Shown here in pieces: positions 1 to 14,493 of a stretch of 64,000 nt of DNA. Numbering within the stretch: the first letter of the stretch is position 1; each line of letters opens with the position of its first letter. The DNA is from Piromyces finnis finn. Its lineage: Eukaryota; Fungi; Neocallimastigomycota. The notes below the pieces were generated by a model. It searched no databases. It was not told the DNA's origin and saw only the letters and a list, made by a program, of their open reading frames with translations. The position numbers and the translations under genes are program-made. The stretch lies in the NCBI GenBank assembly GCA_002104945.1, contig MCFH01000034.1, positions 496,001 to 560,000 on the forward strand, written 5' to 3'.

Positions 1-723
1 ATAGTGAATATATCTATAATGTGGTATTATTCAATATAAAATAATAATATTGTATCATATTCAAAATAGTATGTATGGTAGAAAAACAACATTTCATACA
101 AAACTCTATATATATAGGAAAATAGAAAATAGGAAATAAATAATCCTAATAAAAACTAATGAACACATGAAAAAGAAAAAAATAAAGAAAAGGAAAAAAA
201 AATCATTCCTTTAAAATAAATATCCTAAATGAAATTTAAAATTAACACTTATTTCTTTATTTATCATTATTATTTTATTTATATTTATATTTATATAATT
301 ATCAATTACTTTTTTTTTTAAAAAAAAAAAAGTAAGAATAAATATAAATACTATTATTTGATATTTGATATATATATATATCATATTTCTCACTTTTTTA
401 TATTTTTTAAAAAGATAGAAAAAAACAATAATAAAAATAATAATAAATAGACATAAAAAGCATGATAATTAAAAATAAATTATATTTTTTCATCTTGGCA
501 AATATATTTTTCATTCAAATAGCAATGTAAAAAGAAAATAAGCAATATATATATAATTTATATATAATTTTTTTTCATTATTATTTGTATAACACCTTTA
601 GATAAAGAAAAAGAGAAAATAAAAATAGATATATATAATTTGATAACTATATTAAATACTAATACCTATTTTTTTTTTTTTTTATTTTTTCTTTAAAACA
701 AAATAAAATTTTATGTATATAGA

Positions 724-2039
724 ATGGAAGATATAAAAATATTAAGTTATAATATATTCCTAAGACCACCGCCAGTTCATGATAAACTCTCGGATTATAA
801 GGATGAAGTGAGTATACCTATATCGCCTAGTTATACACTGTCTCATTTAATATAATATAAAGTTGTATTTTTTTTAAAAAAAAAAATAGGATTCTAACAC
901 TGTATATACTCTTTTTAAAAATTATATTTACTCGGGATAAAATTAATAAATTAAAATATATATATTTCCAAACGAATAATTGTAAATCCTCGTTATCAAT
1001 AGAGAGTAAAATTAATTGGTGAAAAAGTTATTCCAAATTATGATATTATTGCTTTTGAAGAAGCCTTCGGAAGTCTTAATAAAAGAGTAATACAATCAAC
1101 CATTTAAAATCAATAAAAAGGATATATATATATATAAAAAAGAAAGAAGAGTAAAAGAAGAAAGGCTAAATCTATTTAAATTTTATTATAAATATATATA
1201 TATATATATATATAATTTAATAGAGAGAATCTTTAATACAATATGGTAAAGATAATGGTTTAAATTATCATTATTCCGATGCATCTCAATCTATTTGTAA
1301 TTTAAAAGTAGATGGTGGTTTACTATTTTTAAGTAAATATCCAATAGTTGAAAAAGACAAGATTGAATATCCAAGAGGTTGTCATAGTGATTGGTAAATA
1401 TTATTAAAAAAAAAAACCCTCTTAAATAATATCTTAAAAATAAATTATCATCATCATGAGGAGGAAGGGAGATAGATTTTGTACAGCATTAGATAGATCC
1501 ATGTTGACATGCATAAATAATGTGTGTGTTATACCTTGTATTTCAATCATATCAACTGTTTTAATTTGAATATCTATAAATTTTTTTTTTTTTTTACAAC
1601 TATAATCAATATAAAAAAAATTTTTTTTCAAACTTTTAAAATGTGTTCATTTTATAAATAGCTATATAAATAATATTAAATATAAATATTAATATATATA
1701 TTATTCTAATTATGTATATATAAAAGGCTTGCCATCAAAGGTTCTTTATATTTAAGATTAAAGGTTGGAAATGATAAGCATATTAATATTTTTTCCACTC
1801 ATTTACAAGCTTCTTATGATGAATACCCAACTCCAGATTCTAAATCAGTCAAGGTTAGAATGAAGCAAGCTCTTATCCTACATAAATTCATTTATCAACA
1901 TATGAAAAAACATGAAAATGAACCTTGCTTTGTTATGGGTGATTTTAATGTTGATGGTGTTCGACCACCAGAAGAAATTGAAAATAAAGGATGGTATACA
2001 GAAAAAGCAAATTTAAAGGATAAAAATTTAGTAAGTTTT

Positions 2040-2084
<45 letters not shown>

Positions 2085-2979
2085 TTTTCAAGAATAAAAT
2101 TCTTTTAAATAATTTTATTAATTTTATTCAATTTCTTTCTTTTATATATATACATTTTTAAACTTTTTTTTTTATTTTATATTATGATTATTCCTTTTTT
2201 TTTATTATTATCTATATTTTAATAATGTTTATATCTGTTATTCTATATTATAACAAATATTCTTATTATTTATATTTTAATAATGTTTATATCTATTATT
2301 CTATATTATAACAAATATTCTTATTATTTATATTTTAATAATGTTTATATCTATTATTCTATATTATAACAAATATTCTTATTATTTATATTTTAATAAT
2401 ATATATATATATCTGTTATTCTATATTATAACAAATATTCTTATTATTTATATTTTAACATACTCTATATTATTCTTTTATTAGGATGTTAATGCTCATA
2501 GTAATGAATACATTGCTTTAATTAATATTTTAAAGGGAGATTTGGATGCTGTACCAGATGAATATAAACCAGAAGATGTACCAGAAACCCCATTATTAGG
2601 TACAAATGAAATTAAACCTAGATTTAATATTCGTGATTTAATCTACGATTTCCAAAATCCAAATGTTCATCCAATTACCACCAGTAACTTTAGAGGAACG
2701 GATAAACTATTTGAAGAAAAATGTTTAGATTATATTTTTGAACTTACTCCCTACGAAGAAATTTGTTACAATCCTGATAATCGTGAGGAAGATTGTAAAA
2801 CCCCAATTAATAATGATATGCAACCAGATAAAACAGCAGTTGAAGAAGCCAATCCAATGTTAAATCCAAATAAACAATATAAAGTTTGTAGTGCAAAGGT
2901 TGAACCCTATGAAGTAGACAATCCAAACTTTAAATATCTATCGGATCATTTCTCCGTCACCACCACCATTGAATTATAA
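724..2979 (+). CDS. Endonuclease/exonuclease/phosphatase (DNase I-like) family enzyme, neutral sphingomyelinase/Isc1-like; 5 exons (~724-807, 1003-1086, 1224-1393, 1727-2030, 2485-2979)
   Basis: Hand-spliced frame is continuous. It carries the EEP motifs ILSYNIFL, FEEAF, THLQA, GDFN, LDYIF and SDHF, and all introns are GT-AG. The ORF track shows only exons 4 and 5. Confidence 0.85.
2214..2460. repeat. 58-bp minisatellite, ~4 copies, in intron 4 of the EEP gene
   Basis: Unit aataatgtttatatct(g/a)ttattctatattataacaaatattcttattatttatatttt recurs at 2221, 2279, 2337 and 2395 (last copy varied). Confidence 0.9.
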
Positions 2980-3042
2980 AAAAAATAATTCTTTTAATTT
3001 TTATTAAAAAAAAAACTATCATAAATCATAAATAGTATTTTA

Positions 3043-3084
<42 letters not shown>

Positions 3085-3868
3085 AACTAAACCTAATTAT
3101 TTATTATCAAAAACTATGAAATAAAAAAATAAAAACATTTTTTATTTAACTTTTAAAATAATTTAAATATTATAATGCTATAAACTTGATTTTTATATTA
3201 TTTTTTCTTTTGTTTCATTATAAACTAAAAAATGAATAATTCTATTTATATTGAAATAAAATAAATAATTTTTTTTTACAACCAAACTTTTATAATCTAT
3301 CATAATCTTTCAATAAATAGTTAATATTTTATTATTTGTTTGTTATTATTTATTAAAAATGAAAAAAAAAAAAGGTTGTCATTGTGAGTTTTCCATTCCA
3401 ATTTTATTATAAAAAAAGTGCACATCTCTAACTGCATTTTCTTTTTTAAAGAATTGAATTGATGTTGTGGCTTGATAATATGGCTTTATAAGGACCAGAA
3501 TATCTCACCACAAGAATTACAAATTCTTAGTTTACCATTTTTTAAAATAAAAATGGCTAAGTATTTTCATTTTTATTTATATATAATCTATTCTTTTTAA
3601 AAAAGTGGGTTTCATACCTTTCTTCCTTCCTTCCTTTTAATATTATGATTATGAGTTTTTTTAATATTCAATTATAATACTATTTCTTATTCAAATGATA
3701 AATGAAAAAAGAAAAAAGTTGGCCAATATATTATTAAAAAAAACCTTTTTTAAAAAATATTCATTTTAATCTTTTATTATTCACAAATACACACAAAGAA
3801 AAAGCTTTTATACCTACTAGGTTTTTAATCATTAAAACCATATCATTTAATTAATCATTTAATTAATC

Positions 3869-3870
3869 AT

Positions 3871-3957
<87 letters not shown>

Positions 3958-4106
3958 TTAATTCATTCATTTATTTATTTATTCATTTATTCATTTATTC
4001 ATTTATTTATTTATTTATTTATTCATTTTTTTATTTATTTATTTATTTATTTATTTATTCATTCATTCATTCATTTATTCATTTATTCATTCATTCATTC
4101 ATTCAT

Positions 4107-4149
<43 letters not shown>

Positions 4150-4165
4150 TTCATTTATTCATTTA
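3869..4165. repeat. Compound (ATTT)n/(ATTC)n microsatellite
   Basis: Seen directly in the sequence. Confidence 0.95.
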
Positions 4166-4844
4166 GTTAGTTATTTTATAAATTCATATTCTTTCTTTAA
4201 AGTATCATTACAAAATATCAATATTTTTGATCTTTTATAAAAATATTGATTACTATTACTACTGCTATTGATTACTACTAAATACTGCTTATGATTATTG
4301 GTATTTTATCTTTTTATTATTGAATAGTTTTTTATTTTTAGATACCAACATTTTATAGATAAAATAAATTAATTCATTTCCCTTTTTTTTTATTTATTTA
4401 TTTATTCATTCATTCATTCATTTATTTATTATTTAATAAGAAAAAAAAAAAGATAAGAAATTATTTATATTTAAATTAAAAAAAAAAAAAGTATTTGATA
4501 AGAAAAAAAAAATTATTAAAAAAAAAAAAATTTAAAGCGGAGGATTTCCATAAAAACCAAAAAATAAAAAAAAAATAAAAAACCAAAAAAAAAAGTTTTT
4601 ATCTTTTTTTAAAAAAAAAAAAAAAAAGGTATAAATACAATATTAAAAGTTTGTTTTTTATTTAAAAAAGATAAAAAAAAAAAAAAATAAAAAAAATAAA
4701 AAAAAAACAAGAATTCTTTTTAAAAAAAAAAATAAAACAAAGAATAAAGCAATAAAAAAAAAAAAAAAAAAGAAAAAGAGAAAGAAAACATTTTAATTTT
4801 TGAAAAAGAAAAAAAAAATAATAATATAATAAATAGTAATAAAA

Positions 4845-6965
4845 ATGAATAATTCAACAGAACCAGTAATAACAATAACAACAAATAATAATAGTCATAC
4901 CAATGAAAGCAATGCCAAGGGAACTATCCTTTCTTCTGTTTTAGGTTTATCAAACACTTTAATAGGAACAGGAGTTTTATCGTAAATACTTTTATATATA
5001 TATTACTATCATAATACCTCTATATAACATTATCCTAGTTTTCTTTATTATTATAATATTTCTATAGCATGGTTTTTTTCTAAAAAAAAAAAATTAATAT
5101 TAATATATTATTTAATATTTATATATATATTAATATAGTTTACCTTTTACCTTGGCAAATACTGGTTTAACCGTTGGTATAATATTATTTATATTATCAG
5201 CTTATATCACTAAGGTATCCCTTTGCTTATTCATAGATACAGCAAAAATTATAGCACCTAATCGATTTGATATAAAAATATCTACTCTCTCAGAAATGAT
5301 AAATATGCCTAGATTTGGTATATTTACCAATATTGTTATTATATTGAATGGATTTGGTACAGCAACAAGTTTATTAATTGCTTCTAGTGACTTTATGCTT
5401 TCTTTATTTAAAAATTTATTAGCTGATGATTATACAGGAATTTTAATAAATAAACATTTCTGGATAACAAGTAAGCTTTTTTACTTTTCCTTTTTTTTTT
5501 ATAAAAAAATATATAGTTTAAACAATGATTTGCTTATTTTTTTTTTTAAAGAAAAATATATCTATATATATTAAAAAATTGTGAGATATGAAGATTAACT
5601 TTTTTTTTTTTTATTTCCTAGTGGTCATAATTATTATTATTCCAATTGTATTCAGAAAAACATTAGCTTCTTTAAAATTCTTTTCATTATTTTCAATTTT
5701 CTCAATTACTTATCTTACCATAGCAATTATTTATTCCTACTTTACATTATCGCATGAAGAACCATCAAAAATAGATATACCAAAAGATACACCTTTAGAT
5801 TCATCTACAACTGACCTTTCTCAAATCTTAAAAAAATTTATGGCTACCTCGATTATTGTTTTTGCTTATGGTTGTCAACAAAATATATTCCCATTATATT
5901 CAGAATTAAAACCTTCTTTAAGACCTTACATATCCAGTGTTATTTATAATGCTGTCTTTTTCAGTACTGTGGTTTATTTAATTATTGGATACTGTGGTTA
6001 TGCTACCTTTGGAAAAAATGTTCAAAGTAATATTTTAAATAATTATGATAATACCAATACCATTATCAATATTTCTCGTTTTGCCATGGCTATCTATTGT
6101 ACCTTTTCTTATTCCATTCAAATGCATCCATGCCGTGATTCAATTAAAAAAGAAATTATTTCTTTTAAAATTAGACATCAAAAAAATGACAGGGATATTC
6201 TTGATCAAGAATCAGACGAAAAAACAAAATTATTAATAGATCAAGAAAAAGAACAACAACTTAATTATGGCTCAATGGTAGGTGATTCCCCAGTATCAGA
6301 TGCAAGTTCCAGTCAAAATAATAATATTCAAAATAGTCTTTATGATAATAATGAGGAAGAGGATGAATTTGAAAGTCAATTAGATGCAAATGACGCTGAT
6401 GATGAAAGAAGTTGTGATAGTCACCAAATAAAACATATTAATATTGATATATTGGACAATATGGCTTGTCCTGTCAACTCAAATGATTCTACTATCAATA
6501 CCTATGATAATGAGAATTTATTTATATATATTACCATTGGATTATTACTTTCAAGTTACATTTTTGCTATGACTTGTGATGATTTTGGAAAGGTAAATTT
6601 AAAATATATATATGCATTTTTTATATAGAATGATAGAATGATTATTTAATAAGAAAAAAAAAAAAAAATAGTGTAGTTTTTAAGATAATGAATTTAAATA
6701 TATATGTATATATATATGTAATATATGTAATATTAATTAAAAAAATATATACATTTATTTGTTATATTATCTCCATATATCCGTATATTAGATATTAAGT
6801 TTAGTTGGTGCCTCATGTACAAGTATTTTAACTTTTATTGTACCAGGATATCTTTATGTAAAAATTACAAGAGGTTTCACCTATAAACGTTTTGAAGCAA
6901 TTACTTTAATTGTATTAGGTGTGATTGTTGCTGTTATAGGAACAATTGCTGCAATCAAACAATAA
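4845..6965 (+). CDS. AAAP/AVT-family (Avt5/6/7-like) vacuolar amino-acid transporter; 4 exons (~4845-4981, 5139-5470, 5622-6592, 6792-6965)
   Basis: Motifs SSVLGLSNTLIGTGVLSLPF, FAYGCQQNIFPLYSEL, GYCGYATFG, FSYSIQMHPCR and LVGASCTSILTFIVPG; multiple TM segments; splice phases are consistent. Confidence 0.88.
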
Positions 6966-7813
6966 ATTGTTAAAAAAAAAAAAAAAACATTTATTTTAAT
7001 TTAATCATCATCAACCACCATTTTATTAACAAAATATTTTTTTTTTTTTTTGTATATAAATAATTATTAAAAAAAACCTCTTTTTATTTTTTTCTTATAT
7101 ATTATCCTAATTTTATATCCTATTACACCACCATTTCATTTTTTACTCTATAATATACATCATAATTTTATACTATTTCATTTTACCCACCTATATATCT
7201 TTATTTTTTTAATCCTTTTAAATACACCACTACTCTAATAATAATAATAATAATTTAATAATAATGATCATCATTATCTAATAATAATAATAATTATAAT
7301 CTTTAAAAACAACTATTAAATAATAATAAATTAAAATCATTATAAATAATTAATAATAATTCTTTTTCTTTTTTAATCCTAATAATAATAATAAATAAAT
7401 AAATAAATAAATAAATAATAATTCATATATCTATTAAAGCAAAATATATATATATATATATTGATCCCATTATTAATCCTATTATCTTTTTTTTTTTTTT
7501 TATCATTAAAAATAATATTCCTAGGATTCATGAATTAAAAAATGTTTGACTTTTTTATTTATTTATTTAATGGATTTTTACATCATTTACTTTTTTTTTT
7601 TTTTAATCTTTTTTAAAAAAAAAAAATAGTGATAAAAACTTTCTTTTTTTATATATATATATAAAAATAAAAATATAATAATAATAAAACTTTTTTTTTT
7701 TTATATCTATTTTTTTATCGTTTTGTTATCTATTTTATTTTATTTTATTGTTGAGATTTTTATCTTTTTTTTTTATTATTCTATTATCTGTATATATATA
7801 TATATATATATTT

Positions 7814-7844
<31 letters not shown>

Positions 7845-8146
7845 GGTTATTTACTAGAATGTGTATTATTTAGAGTATTGATTTTGTTTTTGTTTTTATT
7901 TTTGTTTTTTTAAATTTATTATTATTGCTTTTTTGATTTTCGTTTTTTTGATTTTCGTTTTTTTTTTTTTTTTATTTATTTATTTAAAAATAAACCGTTT
8001 TATAGATATTGAATCTACGGTGAAAAAAAATTTTTTTTTTTTCCTTTCCTTTCTTTCTATTTAATATAATAATAATAATAGAATAATAGTGTTTGGTGGT
8101 GGTTATTATTGCTTCTTTGTATGGGTTAAAAAATAAAAACTAAAAA

Positions 8147-11100
8147 TTATTGATGATTAAATTTATTAATGGATTGTTGTTGCTTTTGTAAAATCTTTTG
8201 TATGACAGGATTTGAACTTTTGGGTGGAGCAATTTCAATCTTGGGAATTACTAGTTGTTCATCCTTTACTTCAGCTTCATAATCCGGAATAAGATGACTA
8301 TTGGATAATTCTCCTGTTGCTATGGATTGAACACCACTTTGACTACCGTATTGTCCAAAATGATGAATACCCATCTTATTCTCATCATCAGAATTATCTA
8401 TAGTGTCTTGTGTTGTGGCGGCGGCTTCTTTATCTTTGGCAGGTGTGGAAAAGGAGGATTCGGTGGAAAGGGTTAAGGAGGTCGTTTCTGATGCAAAACT
8501 TGAAAAGGTTTCATCTAAATAGGTGGTATTTTCATTTGTACCACTAGTATTTAATTTATCATTAGTATAGGCTCGACTATAACCTTCAATATACTCATCA
8601 TCCTCCACTAACGAATCATTTTGTATTTTCTTGTTGTCTTTATACTCTTTCTTTTTATGATTGAAAAACATAATATTACGGCTTAGATCTTCGGTATCAC
8701 CATATGGATGATTAAAACTATCTGAACGTTGATTAAATACAAGACCATTGTTTGGAGGTTTGGTGGAACTGGTGTTGAATAAAAGACTTGTGTCTAAATT
8801 GGTTTGTTTCAAAAAACTACCTTGACTTAAAAAGCTCGACTCTAATCCTGGACTCTTAATACCCGAAAGAATTTGATTATCCTCTGCTGGTTGACCTGAA
8901 GAATAGCTCATTTTGGATTGATCTAAACTTTCATCGAAATCCTGATCAACAGGATGACTAACGGTTAATTTATGAAGATTTAAACTAATGTCTCCAAAAT
9001 TACGACTATCCTCAGATACTTCTTTGGAAGAATTAGCATTGTAGAGATTAATAAGATCATCTTCTAAAATATCACAATATGGAATATCATTTCCTTGAAT
9101 GTGCTTATGAATACTATTTAATACTTCTTCTTCATCAGGATCATCCTTACCTATTAATTCGGATTCAATATCGGATTCAGAGGTTGAAGATATAATATTA
9201 TGATCGTCATTATCGGTGTTATCGTCATCATCATAAATCTTGTTTTGAACATTACTATTACTACGACTGCGACTGGATTTGTTAACACTATCATTTGACT
9301 TAATTATATTTTTATTACTATTACTTTTGGTACGACTCATGGATGAATGAGTAGAAAGAGGGGTATTGCCAGAACTTTTCTCTCTTTTTAAACCCACCTT
9401 ATTAATAACAATTGGACTTGGTGAAGAAAATGGAGATTGAGTACTATCGTGTGAAGAAATATTCTTCTTTGGTGAATAAGCTGAAGTATCATTTTCAACA
9501 GGTTTGGTCTTAATTTTAATTTTAATGTTATTACCATCTATTTGACGTGGAGGTACTGGTAAAGAATAATTATCAGAGAGAAGTTTTGCTGATAATGGAT
9601 TTGATGGCTTTCTTTGGGTAAGATGTGGTGAGATAGGATACCCTTTTATTGAAGGTTCAATAACATTACTTGATGTTTCATCATTAATTGTATTAACTGA
9701 GCGACGTCTTTCTGGTAAAAATAGAGAATTAGAACTATTAAAAAGTCCACTATTTCTACTTTGATTTGAAATGGCGTTTGGATTCGTATTCATATTAAAA
9801 TTATTAACACTATTATTTGTATTTAGTGTGCTTTGGTTTTCATTTGTATTAATAATACTATTATTCATAATAGATGCGGCGATATTATTATTGGGTTGAT
9901 TTTGTATTAATTCCTTTGGATAGGTTGAATCAGTACCAATAATAAACCAATTTCTTCCCCATCTCTTTTCAAATTTTTGAGCTGATTTTTCATAAGCTAA
10001 TTTAAAAAACGGATTTAAATGAGATAATATACGTGAACCAATCTAAACATATTAAAAAAAGAAAAAAGATTTATTTTTTTTTTTTTTTTTTTTGTAATTC
10101 ATATATAAAATAATATACATTAATTTATGAGGTTCGGGTAAACATTGATTCTGCTTAATATATATAAAAATACGTACCGGTGAATAATCAAGACGAACAA
10201 GAATCTTTGTACAATTAATTCTAATAGATTCAGAGGAATGAAGAAGGGATGAAGCAATTGGAAGTAAACCATCTTGATTATGAAGGAAATGAATTAATAA
10301 TTCAAGTACTTGTTCATCGGTTGTAATATTTTCAGCTAATGATTTTAATATGGTATTTAATTTTTCTGGGTGAATATATGGAACATTACGAAGGATATTT
10401 GCTTGTCTTCTTATATCAACATTTCTTACAGATTTTCTTAAAAGACTTTGATAAAAGTCCTGATAATATCAGTTACAATTATAATTAATATTGGGGGGAA
10501 GGAATGTTTTTAAAAGGAATTCATTGATATATAATTGCCAATAATAAATATTTCATAGGTATAATAAATTGAATTGATATGGATTTATTATATTAGCAAT
10601 AATAATAATAATAAATATTTCATCGGAATTTATTTGATATATATTAATAATAATAATAATAAATATTTCATCAAAATTTTTTTGATATGTATTAATAATA
10701 ATATTAAATATATTTAATTAGAATTTATTTGATATGTATTAATAATAATATTAAATATATTTAATTAGAATTTATTTGATATGTATTTATTATAATACTA
10801 GTGACAGTAATAACTATTTAAAAAGGATTTATATATATATATATATATTCTATTTTATTTCTATTATTAAAAAAAGAGTTATTCATCCTTACCTTTTTAT
10901 ATAATTCATAAGATTTTGTATTTCTCCATCCTTCAATTCTGTTGACATTATAAACAATTTCTCTACGTTTACTAATTTCATCGGTGAAAAATGCACCTAC
11001 ACCTAAATTATATTTATCATTTATATTTTCAGTGGTATAACCAATTTTAGTGTTGCCATAGACGATTTTTTCATATTCAGCAACAACTTCAATAAATCTT

Positions 11101-12066
11101 AATAAATATAATCTAAATCTTTCTCTGATATAATGTTCTCCGTATTTTTGTTGAATTAAATTCATAATCTATAATTAAAAATTTAAAATCAATAAATATG
11201 TACATTTAATTTTATTATTAGAGATTCTGATTCATCAAGCAATAGTAATAGTATTAATTAAATTTATAACGAAATGAATAGTTACATCATTCATGAATTC
11301 TTTATCAAAAGATGAAACTAATGAAGTATCCTTTTCGCCACTTGTAAATATATTGTTTACTAATGGTGGAGCTTTTTCAATATTTGGACTAATAGTAACT
11401 TTACCAGTGTTAATGTTGAATAAAACATCCCACCATTGTGGATGTTCTTCAAAGGCTGGATTGGTTACACCAGCAATAAAACCAGGTCTTATTATATAAA
11501 AATAAAAAATAAAAATACATATATTATCATTTAATACATTTATTATAATGCATTAAATATTTTATATAATTTCATATTATTAATAATAGCGATAATAATA
11601 TATAATATATATAGGGGCATGTTAAGTATCATAAATTCACTTACACTTTTAATAAATCATCTAAACCAGCTAAATTAGTATATGGGAAACATCTTTCCGA
11701 ATAACCTCTTAAAATACCACAGCTACCTAAAGCACATGCTGCTAATACAAAATTTGCAACTTCACCACTAGGTTTTAAATGACCTAAAAATAAAATTCTT
11801 TTTTGAGTTAAAAGCGCATTAATCAAAATAATAATTGAATTGGTTGGTACATTATTATCTAAATGTGGATGATGTTTTGATGGATAAGCTGAATTTCCAA
11901 ATGTTGATATTAATTGAATAACAGACAACTATTGTCATATTCATAATCATTACAATAATGATGACGATGATTATAAGGATAAATAATAATAATAGTAAAC
12001 AAATATGGTTAATTCATATAAATAGTTGTTGATAAAAATTTAATAATTAAAAAGTAGTTATGAAAA

Positions 12067-12119
<53 letters not shown>

Positions 12120-14123
12120 AATGGCTTATGATTTTAAATATATATATATATTTTTTTACCGCTAAAGTATTAATAAAAATTAAAATAAAAATAAATAATA
12201 AAAACTTTTATTTTCTGAATGAAAAAAACTTACATCACCAATTTCTCCATTAAACATTGTCATCGGAATTTTAATAGGAACTTTAATTGGATTCTTTGCA
12301 CCTGTATCGTATAATACATTAGTTTCATAAAAGTGTCTATCTATTTTTTTAATTTGATTGCTAGGTAAATTATTGTTATGTTTATTCATTGCCATTGCAA
12401 ATTCTTCAACTTCTACAAAACTTTCATTAAATAGCATTGGATCATCTGATGCTCTTAATATAATTTTTTCATTATATGATAATAAAGGCATTAATGAAAT
12501 ATCTAAACTATTCATTGATTTATATAATTTTTCTAAAATGGATATTTCTTGTTTTTCGAAATAACTATCAAGTGCCATAATAAGTAAAGGCTTTTTTTTT
12601 TTTTTTTAGAAAAAAAACGGATTTTTAGTATTTATTTTTTTTTTTTTTTTTTTTGTAAATCATAACTCAATTTGTATTACCTTAAATACATGTAACCATT
12701 TATGATGAGAGGAAATAGCAATTGCTTTAACTCTAGCACCTCTTCTAACACCGGGAATTTGTTTTGTTCTTACAAGATTTAATACATATAAAAGGTTTGT
12801 TTCATTGTTTATAGTTGGTAGTGGCTTATCCGGTATTTCAATATTATCTTTTTTTGGTTTTCATAAAATATTAATTTTTATTTAAAAAAAAAAGGGGATA
12901 ATATATATGAAAATAACTAATTACCTGGCATTATTGCAGAAGAAGACTTTTGATATAATAAACTTCTTAAAGTATTTAAAGCAAGTCTATAGTCATCTTC
13001 ACTTAAAAATTTAAAACCTTGATAATACGTTTATGTTTATTAAATTTAATAAATCTTAATATAGTGTAAAAATAACATTTATAGTAAAATTATTTTTAAA
13101 GTATATTATTTACCATATATTTTTGATTTTGTTACTAATTTTATACTTAGTGCATTAATATCTTCTTCAAAATCAATGATTATTTCAGGTGTACTTGATA
13201 TTATAAATTTTAAATTACAAATTTATTAATGGATATGAAAAAAAAAAAAAAAAAAACTAAAAATGAAATAGCAAAGTTTAAAATTTACATTTCACCAATT
13301 AATTTTAAGGTTTTGTTAATAAATAATATTTTATCTTGTAATAATTGAATGAAAATTTCATCATAATCAGCAATAGTTTTCCAAACACCTTTTAATTTTA
13401 AAATTAAATTTATATAATAATAATTATAAATAGATTTTTAAAAAAAAATAAATAAATAAATAAAATAATTAGAGAGATATGATTTTTTTATTTTATTTTT
13501 TGGTTTGCGTTTGTAAATGGATAAAGTGAAATGAAATGAATACCTTCATTGAAAAAATAACTATTTGTTGGAATTACTGGTTGAAATCTTTTAAAAGAAA
13601 TTTTGAGAGGTAAATTAATTTTTGAACATATATATATTGATATGTTTATTCAAATAATTATATTTATTGTTACTTTAAAAAACCATTTGATACAAATGCT
13701 TCTTGTTGTTCAGAATAATTATATGCTGACTTTTTATATTTTAAATAATAATATAAGTTTAATATAATTAACGATATCCAAAATATATCCAAAATATTTA
13801 ATAATTTTAAATAAAAAATATTAATTACATTTTCTACAATGTGTTGATTCAATATGAAAGATGTCCAATCTTCTTCTCTTAAATGAGCACCATCAGGTAA
13901 CATTAATTCTGCCAATTTACTATTAAAGAGTTTTATAATTTTTTTTTTTTTTAAAAAAATATATAAATATTTCTATAATTCAATAATATTAATATATATA
14001 TGTATGTATCTAAAATAGGTACTGTTCTTCAATTCCTGTTTTTTCTGGATATTGATGAGTTATCTGAGAACCCTTATCTATATCAAACTCGGCAACAAGT
14101 ATATGATTTACATGATTTTTCAT
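8147..14123 (-). CDS. AFI1: Afi1/MesA family (Arf3-interacting, DENN-like N-terminus plus SPA domain) polarity protein with a long low-complexity C-terminus; multi-exon
   Basis: Exon 1 (14123-14023) gives [20 protein letters not shown] and exon 2 gives [18 protein letters not shown]. Downstream exons give [49 protein letters not shown] and RCFPYTNLA, which match remembered Afi1/MesA motifs. Confidence 0.85.
10599..10787. repeat. ~47-bp degenerate tandem repeat (~4 copies) in an Afi1 intron (10460-10892)
   Basis: Two identical 47-bp units at 10694-10740 and 10741-10787, preceded by two related units. Confidence 0.8.
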
Positions 14124-14461
14124 TTTCGTTGTTTATTTATTATATTAAATTATTATGCAAAAAGAGTTGTTTATATATGTATGTATGTATTTTATTAACC
14201 TTTGAACTAAATATAATTCAAATTTGAAAATAGATTATTTTTTTTTTTTCTTTCTCTCTAATTAAATTGATGTTTCGTTATTATTATTTTATTTTGCTTA
14301 ATTTAATTGTTATTGATTTTTTTTAATTATATTTTTTTTTTAATTATATTTTTTTCGAAAATAATTTAAATTTTAATAAAATATTAAATATACAAATATA
14401 AATTTTAATTTCAAATTATTATTTATTATTATTTATGTTTTAATTGATTTCGTTTTTCATG

Positions 14462-14493
<32 letters not shown>

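Noticed and set aside
211-393. Short I/F/K/Y-rich ORFs (also 1434, 14000, 15863, 24518, 35124, 57353, 59571)
   Set aside because: Poly-A/T and TA-repeat translations in introns or intergenic DNA, or antisense to real exons.
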